64,000 nucleotides of DNA, from the NCBI GenBank assembly GCA_049428425.1, contig JBMTAF010000001.1:3464-67463 (forward strand). Direction: 5' to 3'. Position 1 is the stretch's first letter; each line of letters starts with the position of its first letter. Below the pieces are notes generated by a model, which did not search any database, was not told the origin of the DNA, and saw only the letters and a program-made list of their open reading frames with translations. The stretch is from Candidatus Nanopelagicales bacterium (GTDB lineage Bacteria; Actinomycetota; Actinomycetes; S36-B12; UBA5976). The position numbers and the translations under genes were made by a program. This document shows, piece after piece, positions 8,779-19,771 of the stretch.

Positions 8779-10596
8779 GTGCCAACAGCTAAGAAGTCGA
8801 GTCCGAAAAAGTCTGCCGCGAAGTCCAAGTCCAGCGCTAAGCCCGCTGCTAAGAAGCCTGCTGCCAAGAAGCCAGCGGCTAAGAAATCCTCGACCAAGAA
8901 ACCAGCTGCCAAAAAGACGGCCACCAAGAAGAGTCAACCTAAGAAGCCTGCGGCGAAACCTAAATTGTCTGCCGCGGAACTAAAGAAGCGACAAAAAGCG
9001 CAAGCGGCAGCTGCTGCGGCTGAAAAACAGCGCAAAGCGGAGAAGGCTGCTCGGGAAAAGGCAGCAATTGCTGCGAAGAAAGAGCGCGAACGAGCCGCTG
9101 CACAATTAAAGAAAGACCGAGAGAAAGCGAAGCGAGAAGCTGAGGTTGCCAGGCAAAAAGCAGCAGCATTAAAGGCAAAAGAAAAAGCAGCAGCACAAAA
9201 GGCTAAAGAAAAAGCTGCTGAAGCAACCCGTAAAGAAAAAGAAAAACTAGCATTACAAAAGCAGAAGGAGCGCGAAGCGATCGCGCTGGCCAAGCAGAAA
9301 GAAAAAGAGCAAAAGCTTGCCGAGATTGCACGCAAGAAGGCTGAAATGCAGGCACTTCGCGATGCTGGAAAAAAGCCTTCGGCGATTCCGGCTTCCGTAA
9401 AGGCTGTGCTGGGCGAAGATGGCGAACTGCTTGAAGAAATTGAACCAATCCTTAAGCGCGGCAAGCGTGGCAAGGGTGACGAAGATGATGATGAGATTGA
9501 TCTAGAAGAGCTAGCTAACCTAGAGAAAGAACTCGAAACTGAGATTGCCGAAGAGATCGCTGAAGTTGCCGATGACAACGAACCGGCTAAAGCTGGAAAA
9601 AAGAAGACTGATGATGATTCTGAAGTCTTCACAATTTCAGATGTCGATGAATCAGACGAGCCAGTTCAAACTGTAACAGTTGCAGGCGCTACGGCAGATC
9701 CGGTTAAAGACTACCTAAAGCAGATCGGAAAAGTTCCGTTGCTAAATGCGGAGCAGGAAGTAGAGCTGGCAAAGCGAATTGAAGCGGGACTATTTGCTGA
9801 AGAAATTTTGGCAACTCAGAAGATTAAGAAGACATCTGAACGGCAAGATTTGCAATGGATTGCTCGCGATGGTCAGCGGGCTAAGACCCACTTGCTAGAA
9901 GCTAACTTACGTCTGGTGGTTTCATTGGCAAAGCGATACACCGGCCGAGGAATGCTCTTCTTGGATCTAATTCAAGAAGGAAACTTGGGTCTAATCCGTG
10001 CGGTTGAGAAATTTGACTACACCAAGGGATACAAGTTCTCCACTTACGCTACCTGGTGGATTCGCCAGGCAATCACGAGAGCGATGGCAGACCAGGCGCG
10101 AACTATTCGTATTCCAGTTCATATGGTGGAAGTAATTAATAAGCTAGCGCGAGTTCAGCGCCAGATGTTGCAAGATCTTGGCCGAGAGCCGACCCCAGAA
10201 GAGTTGGCTCGAGAACTTGATATGACGCCAGAAAAAGTTGTTGAAGTTCAAAAGTATGGCCGCGAACCAATCTCGCTGCACACCCCACTTGGCGAAGAGG
10301 GCGATTCGGAATTTGGCGACTTGATCGAGGATTCTGAAGCGATCGTTCCATCAGATGCGGTCTCATTCACACTACTGCAGGAGCAGTTGGAATCAGTGCT
10401 GATGACGCTAAGCGAGCGGGAAGCTGGTGTGGTTCGTATGCGGTTTGGCTTAACCGATGGTCAGCCAAAGACGCTTGATGAAATTGGCAAGGTTTATGGC
10501 GTAACGCGTGAGCGAATCAGGCAGATAGAAAGCAAAACCATGTCAAAACTTCGCCACCCATCGAGATCACAGGTATTGCGCGATTACTTAGATTAA
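8779..10596 (+). CDS. sigA: Principal RNA polymerase sigma factor (HrdB/SigA type) with long Lys/Ala/Glu-rich N-terminal extension
   Basis: Region 1.2 [11 protein letters not shown], region 2 [18 protein letters not shown], region 4.2 [23 protein letters not shown] at 8779 lies 5 nt after GGAG; the ORF track starts at 8731. Confidence 0.9.
   Translation: MPTAKKSSPKKSAAKSKSSAKPAAKKPAAKKPAAKKSSTKKPAAKKTATKKSQPKKPAAKPKLSAAELKKRQKAQAAAAAAEKQRKAEKAAREKAAIAAKKERERAAAQLKKDREKAKREAEVARQKAAALKAKEKAAAQKAKEKAAEATRKEKEKLALQKQKEREAIALAKQKEKEQKLAEIARKKAEMQALRDAGKKPSAIPASVKAVLGEDGELLEEIEPILKRGKRGKGDEDDDEIDLEELANLEKELETEIAEEIAEVADDNEPAKAGKKKTDDDSEVFTISDVDESDEPVQTVTVAGATADPVKDYLKQIGKVPLLNAEQEVELAKRIEAGLFAEEILATQKIKKTSERQDLQWIARDGQRAKTHLLEANLRLVVSLAKRYTGRGMLFLDLIQEGNLGLIRAVEKFDYTKGYKFSTYATWWIRQAITRAMADQARTIRIPVHMVEVINKLARVQRQMLQDLGREPTPEELARELDMTPEKVVEVQKYGREPISLHTPLGEEGDSEFGDLIEDSEAIVPSDAVSFTLLQEQLESVLMTLSEREAGVVRMRFGLTDGQPKTLDEIGKVYGVTRERIRQIESKTMSKLRHPSRSQVLRDYLD
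8806..8965 (+). repeat. Imperfect in-frame tandem repeats encoding (A/S/T)AKKP pentapeptides
   Basis: Reiterated gct-aag-aag-cc(t/a)-gc(t/g) units: [32 protein letters not shown]. Confidence 0.8.
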
Positions 10597-10607
10597 CTAG
10601 GTAGTAA

Positions 10608-10814
10608 TTACTGCTTATCTGTATCGATTAAGCGGTGACTTTCGTCTTGCACGCCAGTTGCAATAGCGCGAATTTTCTCGCCGTGCTCAGTTGCATGATG
10701 GTTGCAGAACATAAGCTCAAGACCGTTATCGAACTCGAACCGAACATATGCCTGGGCGCCACAGCGATCACATCGATCAAGATTGGTAAGCGTTTTTGCG
10801 GTAGTTGTTGCCAT
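10608..10814 (-). CDS. Small zinc-ribbon protein (DUF7455-like), conserved sigA neighbour
   Basis: 68 aa with CDRCG...CNHH. Same position as the small conserved gene between hrdB and the parE-like gene in other actinobacteria. Confidence 0.6.
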   Translation of the reverse strand: MATTTAKTLTNLDRCDRCGAQAYVRFEFDNGLELMFCNHHATEHGEKIRAIATGVQDESHRLIDTDKQ

Positions 10815-10965
10815 GAAGCCCTCCTTTGTTAGGGGTAATCTTTACACCATTTCACTGACAACGCAGTGGCAAAATGCTGATTTTTCGCTCTCGGGTGTGT
10901 CGCGCTCAGATAACTCTCAGCAGCCTTCTACCCTCGGGATTGCAAAATTCATTACTTAGTAAAGG

Positions 10966-13032
10966 ATGTCCACCGCGATGGCAAAACAAACCAAAACTGG
11001 CTATGACGCGGCAGATATCACGGTTTTAGAAGGTTTAGATGCAGTCCGTAAACGACCGGGAATGTATATCGGCTCTACCGATGGTAGGGGACTTGCTCAC
11101 TGTTTATGGGAACTATTAGATAACGCGGTAGATGAGGCGATGGCTGGTTATGCCAAAAACGTGGAAGCCATCATTCATCCAGATGGCTCATTTGAAGTCA
11201 AAGATGACGGCCGCGGCATTCCGGTAGACATTGAGAAGAAATCAAAACTCTCTGGTGTGGAATTGGTAATGACCAAACTTCACGCCGGTGGAAAGTTCGG
11301 CGGATCCAGTTACAAAACTTCGGGCGGCCTTCACGGTGTTGGCGCATCAGTGGTGAACGCACTGTCATCTCGAATGGATGTCGAGGTGGATCGCGATGGC
11401 AAAGTTCATTTAATTAGTTTTCGTCGTGGCGTTGCTGGCACGTTTGATTCAGCTAAACCAGATGCTGGCTTCTCTAAGAAAAGTGGACTTAGAGCTGGCG
11501 GCAAAGCACCAAAGGGAAAAACTGGCACCAGAGTCAGATTCTGGCCAGATCGACAAATCTTTACTCCAGATGCTCAGCTAGATATCGCGCTGCTACATGA
11601 TCGTGCTCGCCAAACTGCATTCTTGGTATCCGGGTTGAATCTCACCGTTACCGATTTACGAAATGGAAAAGAGTCGGTTAGTTACAAATTCCAAGGTGGC
11701 ATCTCAGAATTTGTTGAGCACTTAGCGTCGGATGATCCAGTTACTCGGGTCATAAAGTTTGACGGGATTGGCAAGTTCCAAGAAACCGTTCCAGTTATGG
11801 ACGATAAGGGACATCTGACACCAAAAGAAATTGAACGAGAGATGCAGGTCGAAGTAGCACTCCGTTGGGGAGTGGGTTATGACAGTGAAATCAAAAGTTT
11901 TGTCAACGTAGTTTCCACGCCAAAAGGTGGCACTCACGTGCAAGGTTTTGAAAGGTCGCTAACCAAAACTATTAACGATCAACTTAAAGCCCAAAAGATT
12001 CTTAAGCCGAATGAAGATTCAGTGATTAAAGAAGACATCATGGAGGGACTGACTGCAGTTATCTCAGTTCGGGTTCCAGAACCACAGTTTGAAGGGCAGA
12101 CGAAAGAGATTCTTGGCACGCCAGCAGCAAGTCGCGTGGTTGCTAACGTGGTTACGAAACACCTAGGTGACTGGTTAGCAGAGCCGCCACGAGGTGCCAA
12201 AAATGAAGCAAAATCTGCCTTAGAAAAGATTGCAAATGCAGCTCGCGCTCGAATTGCAGCCAGAACTCATCGAGATATTCAACGTAAAAAAACTGCAGTT
12301 GAGTCTTCTGCGCTACCAGCAAAATTAGTTGATTGTAGAAGTAAAGATATCGCTCGAAATGAATTGTTTATCGTGGAAGGCGAATCTGCACTCGGCACTG
12401 CCAAGCTAGCTCGAGACTCGGAGTTTCAAGCTTTATTACCAATTCGCGGCAAGATATTGAATGTCCAGAAAGCATCCTTTGCTGACATGCTAAAAAACGC
12501 AGAATGCGCCTCCATAATTCAAGTGATAGGTGGCGGCTCTGCTCGTGAATTTGATCTGGACTCAGTGCGGTACGGAAAAATCATCATTATGACTGATGCT
12601 GATGTGGACGGCGCACACATTAGATCGCTGCTTTTGACCCTGTTCCATCGATACCTAAAACCGCTGTTGGATGACGGCCGAATTTATGCCGCGATGCCGC
12701 CGCTGCACCGCATTGAAGTAATGGGCAGCAAGGAAGTTCACTACACATACTCAGATGCACAGATGCATCAGATGACGCAATCGCTGACAAAGGCGGGTAA
12801 GCGAATTAAAGAACCAATTCAGCGCTATAAAGGATTGGGCGAGATGGATGCAGTGCAGCTACGGGATACCACAATGAATGTTTCCACCAGATCACTTAGA
12901 CGCGTTTCAGTGCAAGACGCAGCGAGGGATGCGGACGTGTTTGAGTTACTAATGGGAAGTGAAGTTGCGCCGCGAAAAGACTTCATCATCTCGGCAGCTA
13001 ATTCGTTAGATAGATCTAAGATTGATGCTTAG
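10966..13032 (+). CDS. parE: Type IIA DNA topoisomerase subunit B (ParE-like, second topoisomerase II)
   Basis: GHKL ATPase motifs ([14 protein letters not shown]), Toprim EGESALG, PLRGKILNV and [11 protein letters not shown]. Confidence 0.85.
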   Translation: MSTAMAKQTKTGYDAADITVLEGLDAVRKRPGMYIGSTDGRGLAHCLWELLDNAVDEAMAGYAKNVEAIIHPDGSFEVKDDGRGIPVDIEKKSKLSGVELVMTKLHAGGKFGGSSYKTSGGLHGVGASVVNALSSRMDVEVDRDGKVHLISFRRGVAGTFDSAKPDAGFSKKSGLRAGGKAPKGKTGTRVRFWPDRQIFTPDAQLDIALLHDRARQTAFLVSGLNLTVTDLRNGKESVSYKFQGGISEFVEHLASDDPVTRVIKFDGIGKFQETVPVMDDKGHLTPKEIEREMQVEVALRWGVGYDSEIKSFVNVVSTPKGGTHVQGFERSLTKTINDQLKAQKILKPNEDSVIKEDIMEGLTAVISVRVPEPQFEGQTKEILGTPAASRVVANVVTKHLGDWLAEPPRGAKNEAKSALEKIANAARARIAARTHRDIQRKKTAVESSALPAKLVDCRSKDIARNELFIVEGESALGTAKLARDSEFQALLPIRGKILNVQKASFADMLKNAECASIIQVIGGGSAREFDLDSVRYGKIIIMTDADVDGAHIRSLLLTLFHRYLKPLLDDGRIYAAMPPLHRIEVMGSKEVHYTYSDAQMHQMTQSLTKAGKRIKEPIQRYKGLGEMDAVQLRDTTMNVSTRSLRRVSVQDAARDADVFELLMGSEVAPRKDFIISAANSLDRSKIDA

Positions 13033-15446
13033 CTAAGCAAGCTGCCCAGTGCAGTAACCTGGCTAGTTAGTTTTTCACCTGTTGCGTCACGTTCGGAAAG
13101 TTTCGGCAGCTCAATCGCGGCGCCACGGGCAGTATTTGCAACGACGGGCGATGTGCCAACAAAAGCAGTTACTAGGTTGGTCTCGCCTTTGCGGAACTTG
13201 TGACACCTTACGCCACTACCACCACGGGCGGTGATGCTGAATTCTGCTAATTCAGTTAGTTTGATGCTGGAATGGTTGGTGCCCGGCAGGGCATCGACAG
13301 CGCCAGCAACTGTGATGACCTCAGCATCTTCATATGCAATAAAGAAACCAATCACTTTACCTTTGCTGGAAGTTTTCATTCCAGCCACGCCAGCGGCATT
13401 TCTGCCCTGCGCTCGGATGTCGGCTAATTCGAACTGCAGTAATCGAGCATCTTCCGTGATCATTACACCGAGCGGCTCGTCATCTGCCGCAATCCAGCCA
13501 CAGCCAACAACATTATCGCCAACTTTTAGATTGATTATCTCGATCGCATCTTTATTAGGTAGATCAGCAAGATCAAGTCGTTTGATCACGCCATTTGAGG
13601 TTGCAAGCGCAAGCGAACTAGTTGGATCCAGCGATGTGATACCCACGACTTGTTCGCCGCGCTTAAGTGATACCAAACTGCTTGCTGCAATGTTGCTGGC
13701 AAGGCCTGCTTTTGCAGTAACTGGAAGGTCAACTACGTTAAGTCGCAGCAACCTTCCTTCTGATGTAACTAAGCCAATTTGTGCTCGTGATCTGGTTTCA
13801 ATCTGTGCTGCAATCGCGTCATATTTTACCCGAGTGCCACCAGATGGAGTCTGATCTGTTTCGGTACGGGCTAGCAAGCCAGCTTGAGAATAAAGCACAT
13901 AGCAAGGCTGGTCTGGAATCTCGACTGATTCAACTTCAGCGGAAACTGGCAGATCATCGTCGCTCAAGATAGTGGTTCGGCGAGGAACCGCATGCTTGCT
14001 GGCTACCTCATCAAGTTCAGCTGCGACAGCAGACTTGAGTTTCTCTGGATCATTTAATATTGCAGTTAACTCTTTGATTTTGGCCTTTAGCTCGGATTTT
14101 TCAGTTTCAAGTTCGATTACCGAGAACTTAGTCAATCGTCGAAGTGGCATTTCGAGAATGTATTGTGTCTGAATTTCTGAAAGATCAAAAACTTTCATAA
14201 GTTTGGCTTTTGCGGCTGCAGTGTCATCGCTGGCTCGGATAACCGCGATCACTTCATCAATATCCAGCACCGCCAGCAGTAAACCCTCAACAAGATGAAG
14301 TCGATCTTTAGCCAGTTTGCGACGGTGCTCACTTCTTCTGGTGACAACCTCAAGTCGGTGATCGATAAAAACCTTAAGCAACTCGATTAGGCTCAACGTT
14401 TTGGGTTGACCATTTACCAGGGCTACATTGTTGACATTGAAAGTTTCTTCAATCGGAGTGGTCTTATAAAGTTTTGCTAGCACGGCAGTGGGCTGATAAC
14501 CAGATTTAATCTCAATTACTAGCCGCAGGCCATGGTCATAATCAGTTAAATCGGTAACGTTTGCAATTCCTTCGATCTTTTTTGAGGTAATTAATTCCTT
14601 TAGTTTCTCCACCACTCGCTCAGGTCCGACGTTGTACGGAAGAGCGGTGATAACTATTCCTTTACGCCTCGGATTGACATCTTCAATGGCAGCGCTGGCT
14701 CGCATTTTGAAGCTGCCCCTACCGGTTTCATATGCATCGCGAATACCATCAAGTCCCACGATCTGCCCGCCGCTTGGAAAATCTGGACCGGGAAGCACTT
14801 TCATGATCTGCTCTAACGTAGCTTTCGGCTTAGTCAGCAAAAGTTTGGCAGCGGCAATCGTCTCGCCAAGATTATGTTGCGCCATTGAAGTTGCCATTCC
14901 CACTGCAATACCAGCTGCCCCATTTACTAGGAGCGCGGGAAATGCTGCTGGCAGTACTTGCGGTTCTTGCTCACGACCATCGTAATTTGGCATAAATTCG
15001 ACAGTGTTTTCATCAATTGAATCTGTCATCGCTAATGCGGCTGGCGCTAACCGACATTCGGTATAACGCATTGCTGCAGGTCCATCGTCAACTGAACCAA
15101 AGTTGCCATGGCCATCAAGAAATGGCAGCGAAAGCGTGAATGGCTGCGCCATTCGAACTAAGGCATCATAAATCGCACCATCACCATGCGGATGGAGCCG
15201 ACCCATTACTTCACCGACAACTCGAGCAGATTTCACATGGCCTTTGTCTGGCCTAAGTCCCATCTGGGACATTTGATACAAAATTCTTCGCTGTACTGGC
15301 TTTAACCCATCGCGAGCATCGGGTAGGGCACGAGAGTAGATAACTGAGTAGGCGTATTCCAAGAACGAGTCGCGCATCTCATCGGCGACATCAACATCAT
15401 AAATCTGAGGTGTTATCTCCGCTGCCTTATTGCTTGGCTTTGCCAT
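13029..15446 (-). CDS. parC: Type IIA DNA topoisomerase subunit A (ParC-like)
   Basis: Active-site AAMRYTE Tyr motif and PHGD. No GyrA-box (QRRGGKG) seen in the C-terminal domain. ATG at 15446 is preceded by AGGAGG; the ORF track extends to 15482. Confidence 0.85.
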   Translation of the reverse strand: MAKPSNKAAEITPQIYDVDVADEMRDSFLEYAYSVIYSRALPDARDGLKPVQRRILYQMSQMGLRPDKGHVKSARVVGEVMGRLHPHGDGAIYDALVRMAQPFTLSLPFLDGHGNFGSVDDGPAAMRYTECRLAPAALAMTDSIDENTVEFMPNYDGREQEPQVLPAAFPALLVNGAAGIAVGMATSMAQHNLGETIAAAKLLLTKPKATLEQIMKVLPGPDFPSGGQIVGLDGIRDAYETGRGSFKMRASAAIEDVNPRRKGIVITALPYNVGPERVVEKLKELITSKKIEGIANVTDLTDYDHGLRLVIEIKSGYQPTAVLAKLYKTTPIEETFNVNNVALVNGQPKTLSLIELLKVFIDHRLEVVTRRSEHRRKLAKDRLHLVEGLLLAVLDIDEVIAVIRASDDTAAAKAKLMKVFDLSEIQTQYILEMPLRRLTKFSVIELETEKSELKAKIKELTAILNDPEKLKSAVAAELDEVASKHAVPRRTTILSDDDLPVSAEVESVEIPDQPCYVLYSQAGLLARTETDQTPSGGTRVKYDAIAAQIETRSRAQIGLVTSEGRLLRLNVVDLPVTAKAGLASNIAASSLVSLKRGEQVVGITSLDPTSSLALATSNGVIKRLDLADLPNKDAIEIINLKVGDNVVGCGWIAADDEPLGVMITEDARLLQFELADIRAQGRNAAGVAGMKTSSKGKVIGFFIAYEDAEVITVAGAVDALPGTNHSSIKLTELAEFSITARGGSGVRCHKFRKGETNLVTAFVGTSPVVANTARGAAIELPKLSERDATGEKLTSQVTALGSLLS

Positions 15447-15614
15447 CGCTGTTGCTGCCTCCTGCCTGGGGCATCTTGCCATTAGAAGGCTGGCAGATCT
15501 GGGATTTGGGCCCTAATTGTGCGTAAATCAGTTTCTAAACAGGACTTGGAAATTGAATTATCTCTAGAATTTGAGCAGTCAAACAATATCCAGACCCCTA
15601 AGGAGTAGTTCGCT

Positions 15615-16232
15615 GTGGCTGAGTTGGTTTATTTTTCCGGCACCATGGATAGCGGTAAATCCACCTTGGCACTGCAAACACATCACAATCATTCAACTGC
15701 TGGCAGAACCGGATTAGTTTTTACCCGAAATGACCGTGCCGGAAAAGCAAGGCTTAGTTCGAGATTGGGTCTTGAAACTGTGGCTATTGAAGCTGACGAT
15801 GCGTTGAATTTCTATGATTTCGTGAAGGGTGAAATTGAATCTGGTGCTCGAATTGATTATTTAATATGTGATGAAGTTCAGTTCTATCAACCAGCACAAA
15901 TTGAGCAATTGGCTTCGCTAGTTGATGACTTTGCCGTAGATATTTTCACATTTGGCATTACCGCCGATTTCAGAACCGAATTGTTTCCAGGCTCTAAGCG
16001 GCTATACGAATTGGCGGATCGAGTTAGCGTGCTTCAAGTTGAAGCACTCTGCTGGTGTGGTAAAAAAGCCACACATAATGCTCGATTAATTAATGGGGAA
16101 ATGGTCACCGAGGGTGAACAGGTTGTGGTTGGTGACACGTCACCACATTCACCATTTTCAGTAACTTATGAAGTGCTATGCCGAAAACATCATATGAAAA
16201 AAATGCCGTCAAGCTACAGCTCTAGAACTTGA
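15615..16232 (+). CDS. tdk: Thymidine kinase
   Basis: P-loop GTMDSGKST and zinc-ribbon cysteines CWCGKKATHNAR...CRKHH. Confidence 0.9.
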   Translation: MAELVYFSGTMDSGKSTLALQTHHNHSTAGRTGLVFTRNDRAGKARLSSRLGLETVAIEADDALNFYDFVKGEIESGARIDYLICDEVQFYQPAQIEQLASLVDDFAVDIFTFGITADFRTELFPGSKRLYELADRVSVLQVEALCWCGKKATHNARLINGEMVTEGEQVVVGDTSPHSPFSVTYEVLCRKHHMKKMPSSYSSRT

Positions 16233-16854
16233 TTAAGTAATTAATCACGATCTCGTTAATCATATTTCCCCAGTCCTGCTCAGTTATCGGATCATAGGTA
16301 ATGTCGTCAACAGCTCGGCCAAGCGAATATGCCTGGATGAATACCGCAAACGCCTGTGGATTCACATGATCGTTAATTAAACCCTTGGATTTGGCAGTTT
16401 GAATAATATCTGCGATGGCATAAGTTGCTCGTTGTTGTTCGCGACCTAGAGCCTTGCGAAATCTTTCATTACCCAACGTTCTACCAAGTGTTCGGGCGCG
16501 CTCAAGTCGAAGCGGGGCAAGGTCTGGTCGCTGCGTCGAACGAGTGGATTGGCGAATGGTTTCGGCTAACTCTTCTGGGGTAGTTGCCACTTCGATAGCC
16601 GCTTGTAGCTTTTCTACTGCCTGATCAACCGAGAGAATAAATCGGGAGATCTCTGCTGCTTCAAATAATTCTTCAACATCCTCAAAATGATGGTAAAGCG
16701 AGCCTTTTGAGATTCCACTTTGCTGCAGAATCATTTCTACCGTGATTTCTGCTGGTCGCAACGTATCTAGCAGCGAAACGGTAGTTTCAATTAACTTCTG
16801 CCTAGTTGGATGCGGTGGTGTTAATTCAGTCGAAGAGAATCTGATTTCGGCCAC
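16222..16854 (-). CDS. TetR/AcrR family transcriptional regulator
   Basis: N-terminal HTH ILQQSGISKGSLYHHF. The GTG start shares one nucleotide with the sepH stop (taGtg). Confidence 0.8.
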   Translation of the reverse strand: MAEIRFSSTELTPPHPTRQKLIETTVSLLDTLRPAEITVEMILQQSGISKGSLYHHFEDVEELFEAAEISRFILSVDQAVEKLQAAIEVATTPEELAETIRQSTRSTQRPDLAPLRLERARTLGRTLGNERFRKALGREQQRATYAIADIIQTAKSKGLINDHVNPQAFAVFIQAYSLGRAVDDITYDPITEQDWGNMINEIVINYLIKF

Positions 16855-17705
16855 TAGTCATTGCCACCAAATAGAATCTCATCCCATGACGGAACGCTGG
16901 CTCGCTTTGATTTTTTAGCTGCAGGCTTTACTTCTGGCGATGGATCAGTTACTGGATCCTGATTAACTTCGGCGATATCTGGTTCAAAACTCTTTACCGT
17001 TTCAACCTTTGGCGCAACCGGCTCAGGCTCAATTTCAGGAGTTGATACCTGAGGCGCGATTAGCTCTGGCGTTGCTGTTGGTTTTGGTGTAATCGGGGTA
17101 ACCGATGCGGGTTTAGTTGGCACAGACTCAGTTGGCACTGGAACTAAGCGTGGTTGATTAGTAGGGGCAAGACCAATCAAAGTTCGAGCCACATCATCTA
17201 GTGGCCAGACGCTTTGTGATGATGTATCAAAGCCAAAATGTGCAATTGCGCCGCCTCTGGTAACCGTAACTGTCCAAAACGTTTCTTCGCCTCGGGTGGC
17301 ATCCCAAACTAATTGCTCAGTTGATTGACCTCGGTCATGAAGCAGATTCTCAATCTGATCACCAAGAGTGATTTCATCAGTGTTGCCCTTAATGCGAGCA
17401 CGCTGACTGCGCTGAGCCACATATGCTCGCTCTTGCATCACTGGACCTTCAAATCGACGAACCCGAGATTCGTCAACGCCAAATTCTGAAACTAACTGCT
17501 CTACGGTCATGCCAGCGCGTAGTCGAGCTTGAATTTGCGCGGGGCGAAGTTCGTCATCGCTAGCAGCTGAGATTGGGGCGAGGGCTTTGCGCAACGCCAG
17601 CAACAGGTCTGCTGAAGCTTCAATTGTGAATTCAGTCCCTTGGGCATCAGCGAAAACTAAATGCTGATTATCAGCGGTCAATCGGACAAATCGCAAAGTG
17701 CTCAC
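16854..17705 (-). CDS. sepH: DUF3071 domain protein (SepH-like septation protein)
   Basis: N-terminal DUF3071 pattern (LRFVRL...; RPAQIQARLRAGMTVEQL...RVRRFEGPVMQER) followed by a Pro-rich tail. GTG at 17705 lies 5 nt after GGAGG; the ORF track starts at 17717. Confidence 0.7.
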   Translation of the reverse strand: MSTLRFVRLTADNQHLVFADAQGTEFTIEASADLLLALRKALAPISAASDDELRPAQIQARLRAGMTVEQLVSEFGVDESRVRRFEGPVMQERAYVAQRSQRARIKGNTDEITLGDQIENLLHDRGQSTEQLVWDATRGEETFWTVTVTRGGAIAHFGFDTSSQSVWPLDDVARTLIGLAPTNQPRLVPVPTESVPTKPASVTPITPKPTATPELIAPQVSTPEIEPEPVAPKVETVKSFEPDIAEVNQDPVTDPSPEVKPAAKKSKRASVPSWDEILFGGND

Positions 17706-17758
17706 TTCGGCCTCCATCGAGGGGGAGTGTAGCCAAAGTAGGAGTTAGAAGGGGAGGG

Positions 17759-18958
17759 CTAGGGCTGAATTGGCCGAGAAAGCCGCCCCTGAGCCAGCAC
17801 GGTGCCCAGCGTAATTGCGAATGCTGCCCCAGTTCCCACAGTGAACGCCCAACTGGTGCCATGGTTATCGATTAACCAGCCAGCACTAGAAGCGGCGAAG
17901 GCAAATCCAACGCCAATTCCTGAATACATCGATGCAATTGCTTCAGTGGTTCGGCCATCACCAGCGCGCTGCTGCGCAATTGAGGCAGCAGAAATTAGTA
18001 GCGGTGCAATACCGAATCCAGCCATCACACTCATCACAGCTAGCACCGCCAAGCTATCAACGAAAGGAACAATTACTGCTGGTGGAATTAGTACCAGCGA
18101 GATAAGGATTAATTGCTTAGGTAGCGGCAGCTTAAAGTCGCTAGCGCCATAAAAAATGCCACCGATCAAACTACCAATCGACCATAAAGCGAGCAGGAAG
18201 CCAGCCGCAATTGGTATGCCAGCAAAATCACTGAACGCAATCATGGTGGTTTCAATTGAGCCGAAAAATATTCCAGCCAAGAAGTGAATAAAAACCAACC
18301 ACAGCAACCCATTTCGGAACACCACTGGTTTTCCGTGCTTGATCTGCTGTTGATTTATTGGTGGTTCAGTGTCACGCATTGAGATTAACCAACTGCCACC
18401 GATCAGTAAAAAAACCACCGCGATAACTTGCGGTGCGGCCGGATGAATATTTACCGAAGTGAAGGCCGCAACAGTGGGACCTATGACAAAAATTATTTCA
18501 TCAATCATGCTTTCAACCGAGAAAGCAGTAATTAATACTGGACCTGAAACGAGTAAAGCGGTCCAGCGTGCTCGCACCAAGGCACCGATCGAAGGTGCGA
18601 AAAAACCACTTATGGTCGCAAAGATAAAAATAAAGATTGCCGGTAGATTCGATGGAATCGTAAAGATCAGCGCAGCTGCTGCGGTTACCACAATAAAAAT
18701 TTGCCAAGGCAGCACCCGATGCTGGCCAAAACGGTCAGTCAATCGCGATGTTATTGGACCGCCAACTGCAGATGCGATTGCGCCAGTTGCCGAAACTGCG
18801 CCAGCTAAGGTGTAGTTTCCGCGAGCTGATTCGACATACATCAAAATGCCAATGCCCACCATCGAGATTGGCATACGTGCAATGAACCCAGCAAATGAAA
18901 ACGCGCGGGCACGCGGATCTGCGAAGGCTAAGCGGTATTTATTAAGCATAGGTGGCAA
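17759..18958 (-). CDS. MFS transporter
   Basis: 399 aa, about 12 hydrophobic helices, MFS-like loop motif TSRLTDRFGQHR. Confidence 0.8.
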   Translation of the reverse strand: MPPMLNKYRLAFADPRARAFSFAGFIARMPISMVGIGILMYVESARGNYTLAGAVSATGAIASAVGGPITSRLTDRFGQHRVLPWQIFIVVTAAAALIFTIPSNLPAIFIFIFATISGFFAPSIGALVRARWTALLVSGPVLITAFSVESMIDEIIFVIGPTVAAFTSVNIHPAAPQVIAVVFLLIGGSWLISMRDTEPPINQQQIKHGKPVVFRNGLLWLVFIHFLAGIFFGSIETTMIAFSDFAGIPIAAGFLLALWSIGSLIGGIFYGASDFKLPLPKQLILISLVLIPPAVIVPFVDSLAVLAVMSVMAGFGIAPLLISAASIAQQRAGDGRTTEAIASMYSGIGVGFAFAASSAGWLIDNHGTSWAFTVGTGAAFAITLGTVLAQGRLSRPIQP

Positions 18959-18967
18959 AGTTATCCC

Positions 18968-19771
18968 ATGACTGAAGCAGAATTGGCGCAGGACTTACTT
19001 CGACTAGCTCGTCAGGCGGCGACGGCAGCAGCTGAGTTAGTAGTAGCAGGGCGATCTGAAGTAATTGCCAAAAAGGCTGGCGTCTCAACTAAGACTTCAG
19101 CAACTGACCCAGTTACTGAGATGGATAAAGCAGCCGAAAAACTGATCGTGAGTTTAATTAAAGCGCAGCGCCCTAATGATGGTTTCATCGGTGAAGAAGG
19201 AAGTTCTGACCCAGGCAGTTCAGGTATTGCGTGGGCGATTGATCCAATTGATGGCACCGTTAACTATATGTATGGCTTGCCAGTTTGGACCATCTCAGTT
19301 GCAGCACTACAAGACGGCGACGCAATTGCAGGTTGTTTGGTTGCGCCAGATTTGAACAAAGTTTATTTCGGCACCAAAGGTGGTGGCGGCTTTGAAGAGT
19401 CACCTTCTGGGGTGCGACAACTTCAGGTGCTGCCTAGCGATGACTTAGCAAGATGTTTGCTGGCTACTGGATTTGCATATCGCAAAGAGCGCCGGGAAGA
19501 GATTGCGCCAGTAATTGCCCAAGTGCTGCCGCAGGTTCGAGATCTACGGCGGATGGGAGCTGCCAGCATCGATATCGTGTCTGTTGCAACCGGTGGTGTT
19601 GATGCTTATGTCGAATCTGGGGTTCGTATCTGGGATTATGCGGCGGCATTATTAATTGCAACTGAAGCCGGCGCAGAATTTATTCACCGCAATCAGCCTT
19701 GGGGTGAATGGCTTTTAGTTTGCCGGCCGGGCTTAACGGAAAAACTTGAAGCGATAACTAATCAACTCTAG
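18968..19771 (+). CDS. Inositol monophosphatase family protein (SuhB/ImpA/CysQ type)
   Basis: Motifs GEEG, WAIDPIDGT and IWDYAAA. Confidence 0.85.
   Translation: MTEAELAQDLLRLARQAATAAAELVVAGRSEVIAKKAGVSTKTSATDPVTEMDKAAEKLIVSLIKAQRPNDGFIGEEGSSDPGSSGIAWAIDPIDGTVNYMYGLPVWTISVAALQDGDAIAGCLVAPDLNKVYFGTKGGGGFEESPSGVRQLQVLPSDDLARCLLATGFAYRKERREEIAPVIAQVLPQVRDLRRMGAASIDIVSVATGGVDAYVESGVRIWDYAAALLIATEAGAEFIHRNQPWGEWLLVCRPGLTEKLEAITNQL

Noticed and set aside
8806-8965. Short tandem DNA repeats as a CRISPR array or non-coding VNTR
   Set aside because: The units are 15 bp, in-frame, imperfect and without spacers. They encode the AKKP repeats of the sigma N-terminus.
8934-9632. 232-aa minus-strand ORF (Ser/Ala/Phe-rich), plus other alternate-frame ORFs (8741-8983, 8722-8937, 8960-9196, 9203-9448) across the sigA 5' region
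   Set aside because: These are mirror or shifted readings of the Lys/Ala/Glu codon repeats. They are low-complexity with no RBS or domain signal, while the plus frame continues into an unmistakable sigma-70 core.
10603-10612. Perfect 10-bp palindrome AGTAATTACT between the sigA stop and the convergent small zinc-ribbon gene, considered as a terminator
   Set aside because: It is entirely A/T apart from one G:C pair and too short to form a stable hairpin. It is largely a by-product of two facing TAA stop codons.
13231-13854. Long antisense ORFs inside well-supported genes (13231-13854 in parC, 36147-36743 in ftsI, 47911-48432 in ftsQ, 52130-52636 in ftsZ, 53787-54248 in yggS, 32880-33257 in DUF3000)
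   Set aside because: Each lies entirely within a gene with strong family motifs on the other strand. Their compositions (Ala/Ser/Pro/Arg-rich) are typical of antisense frames, and they have no independent start signals.
10966-15482. Annotating the topoisomerase pair as gyrB/gyrA
   Set aside because: No GyrA-box was recognised in the A-subunit CTD. The genes are convergent rather than a gyrBA operon, and the locus matches the hrdB-linked parE-like position in other actinobacteria. This remains provisional.
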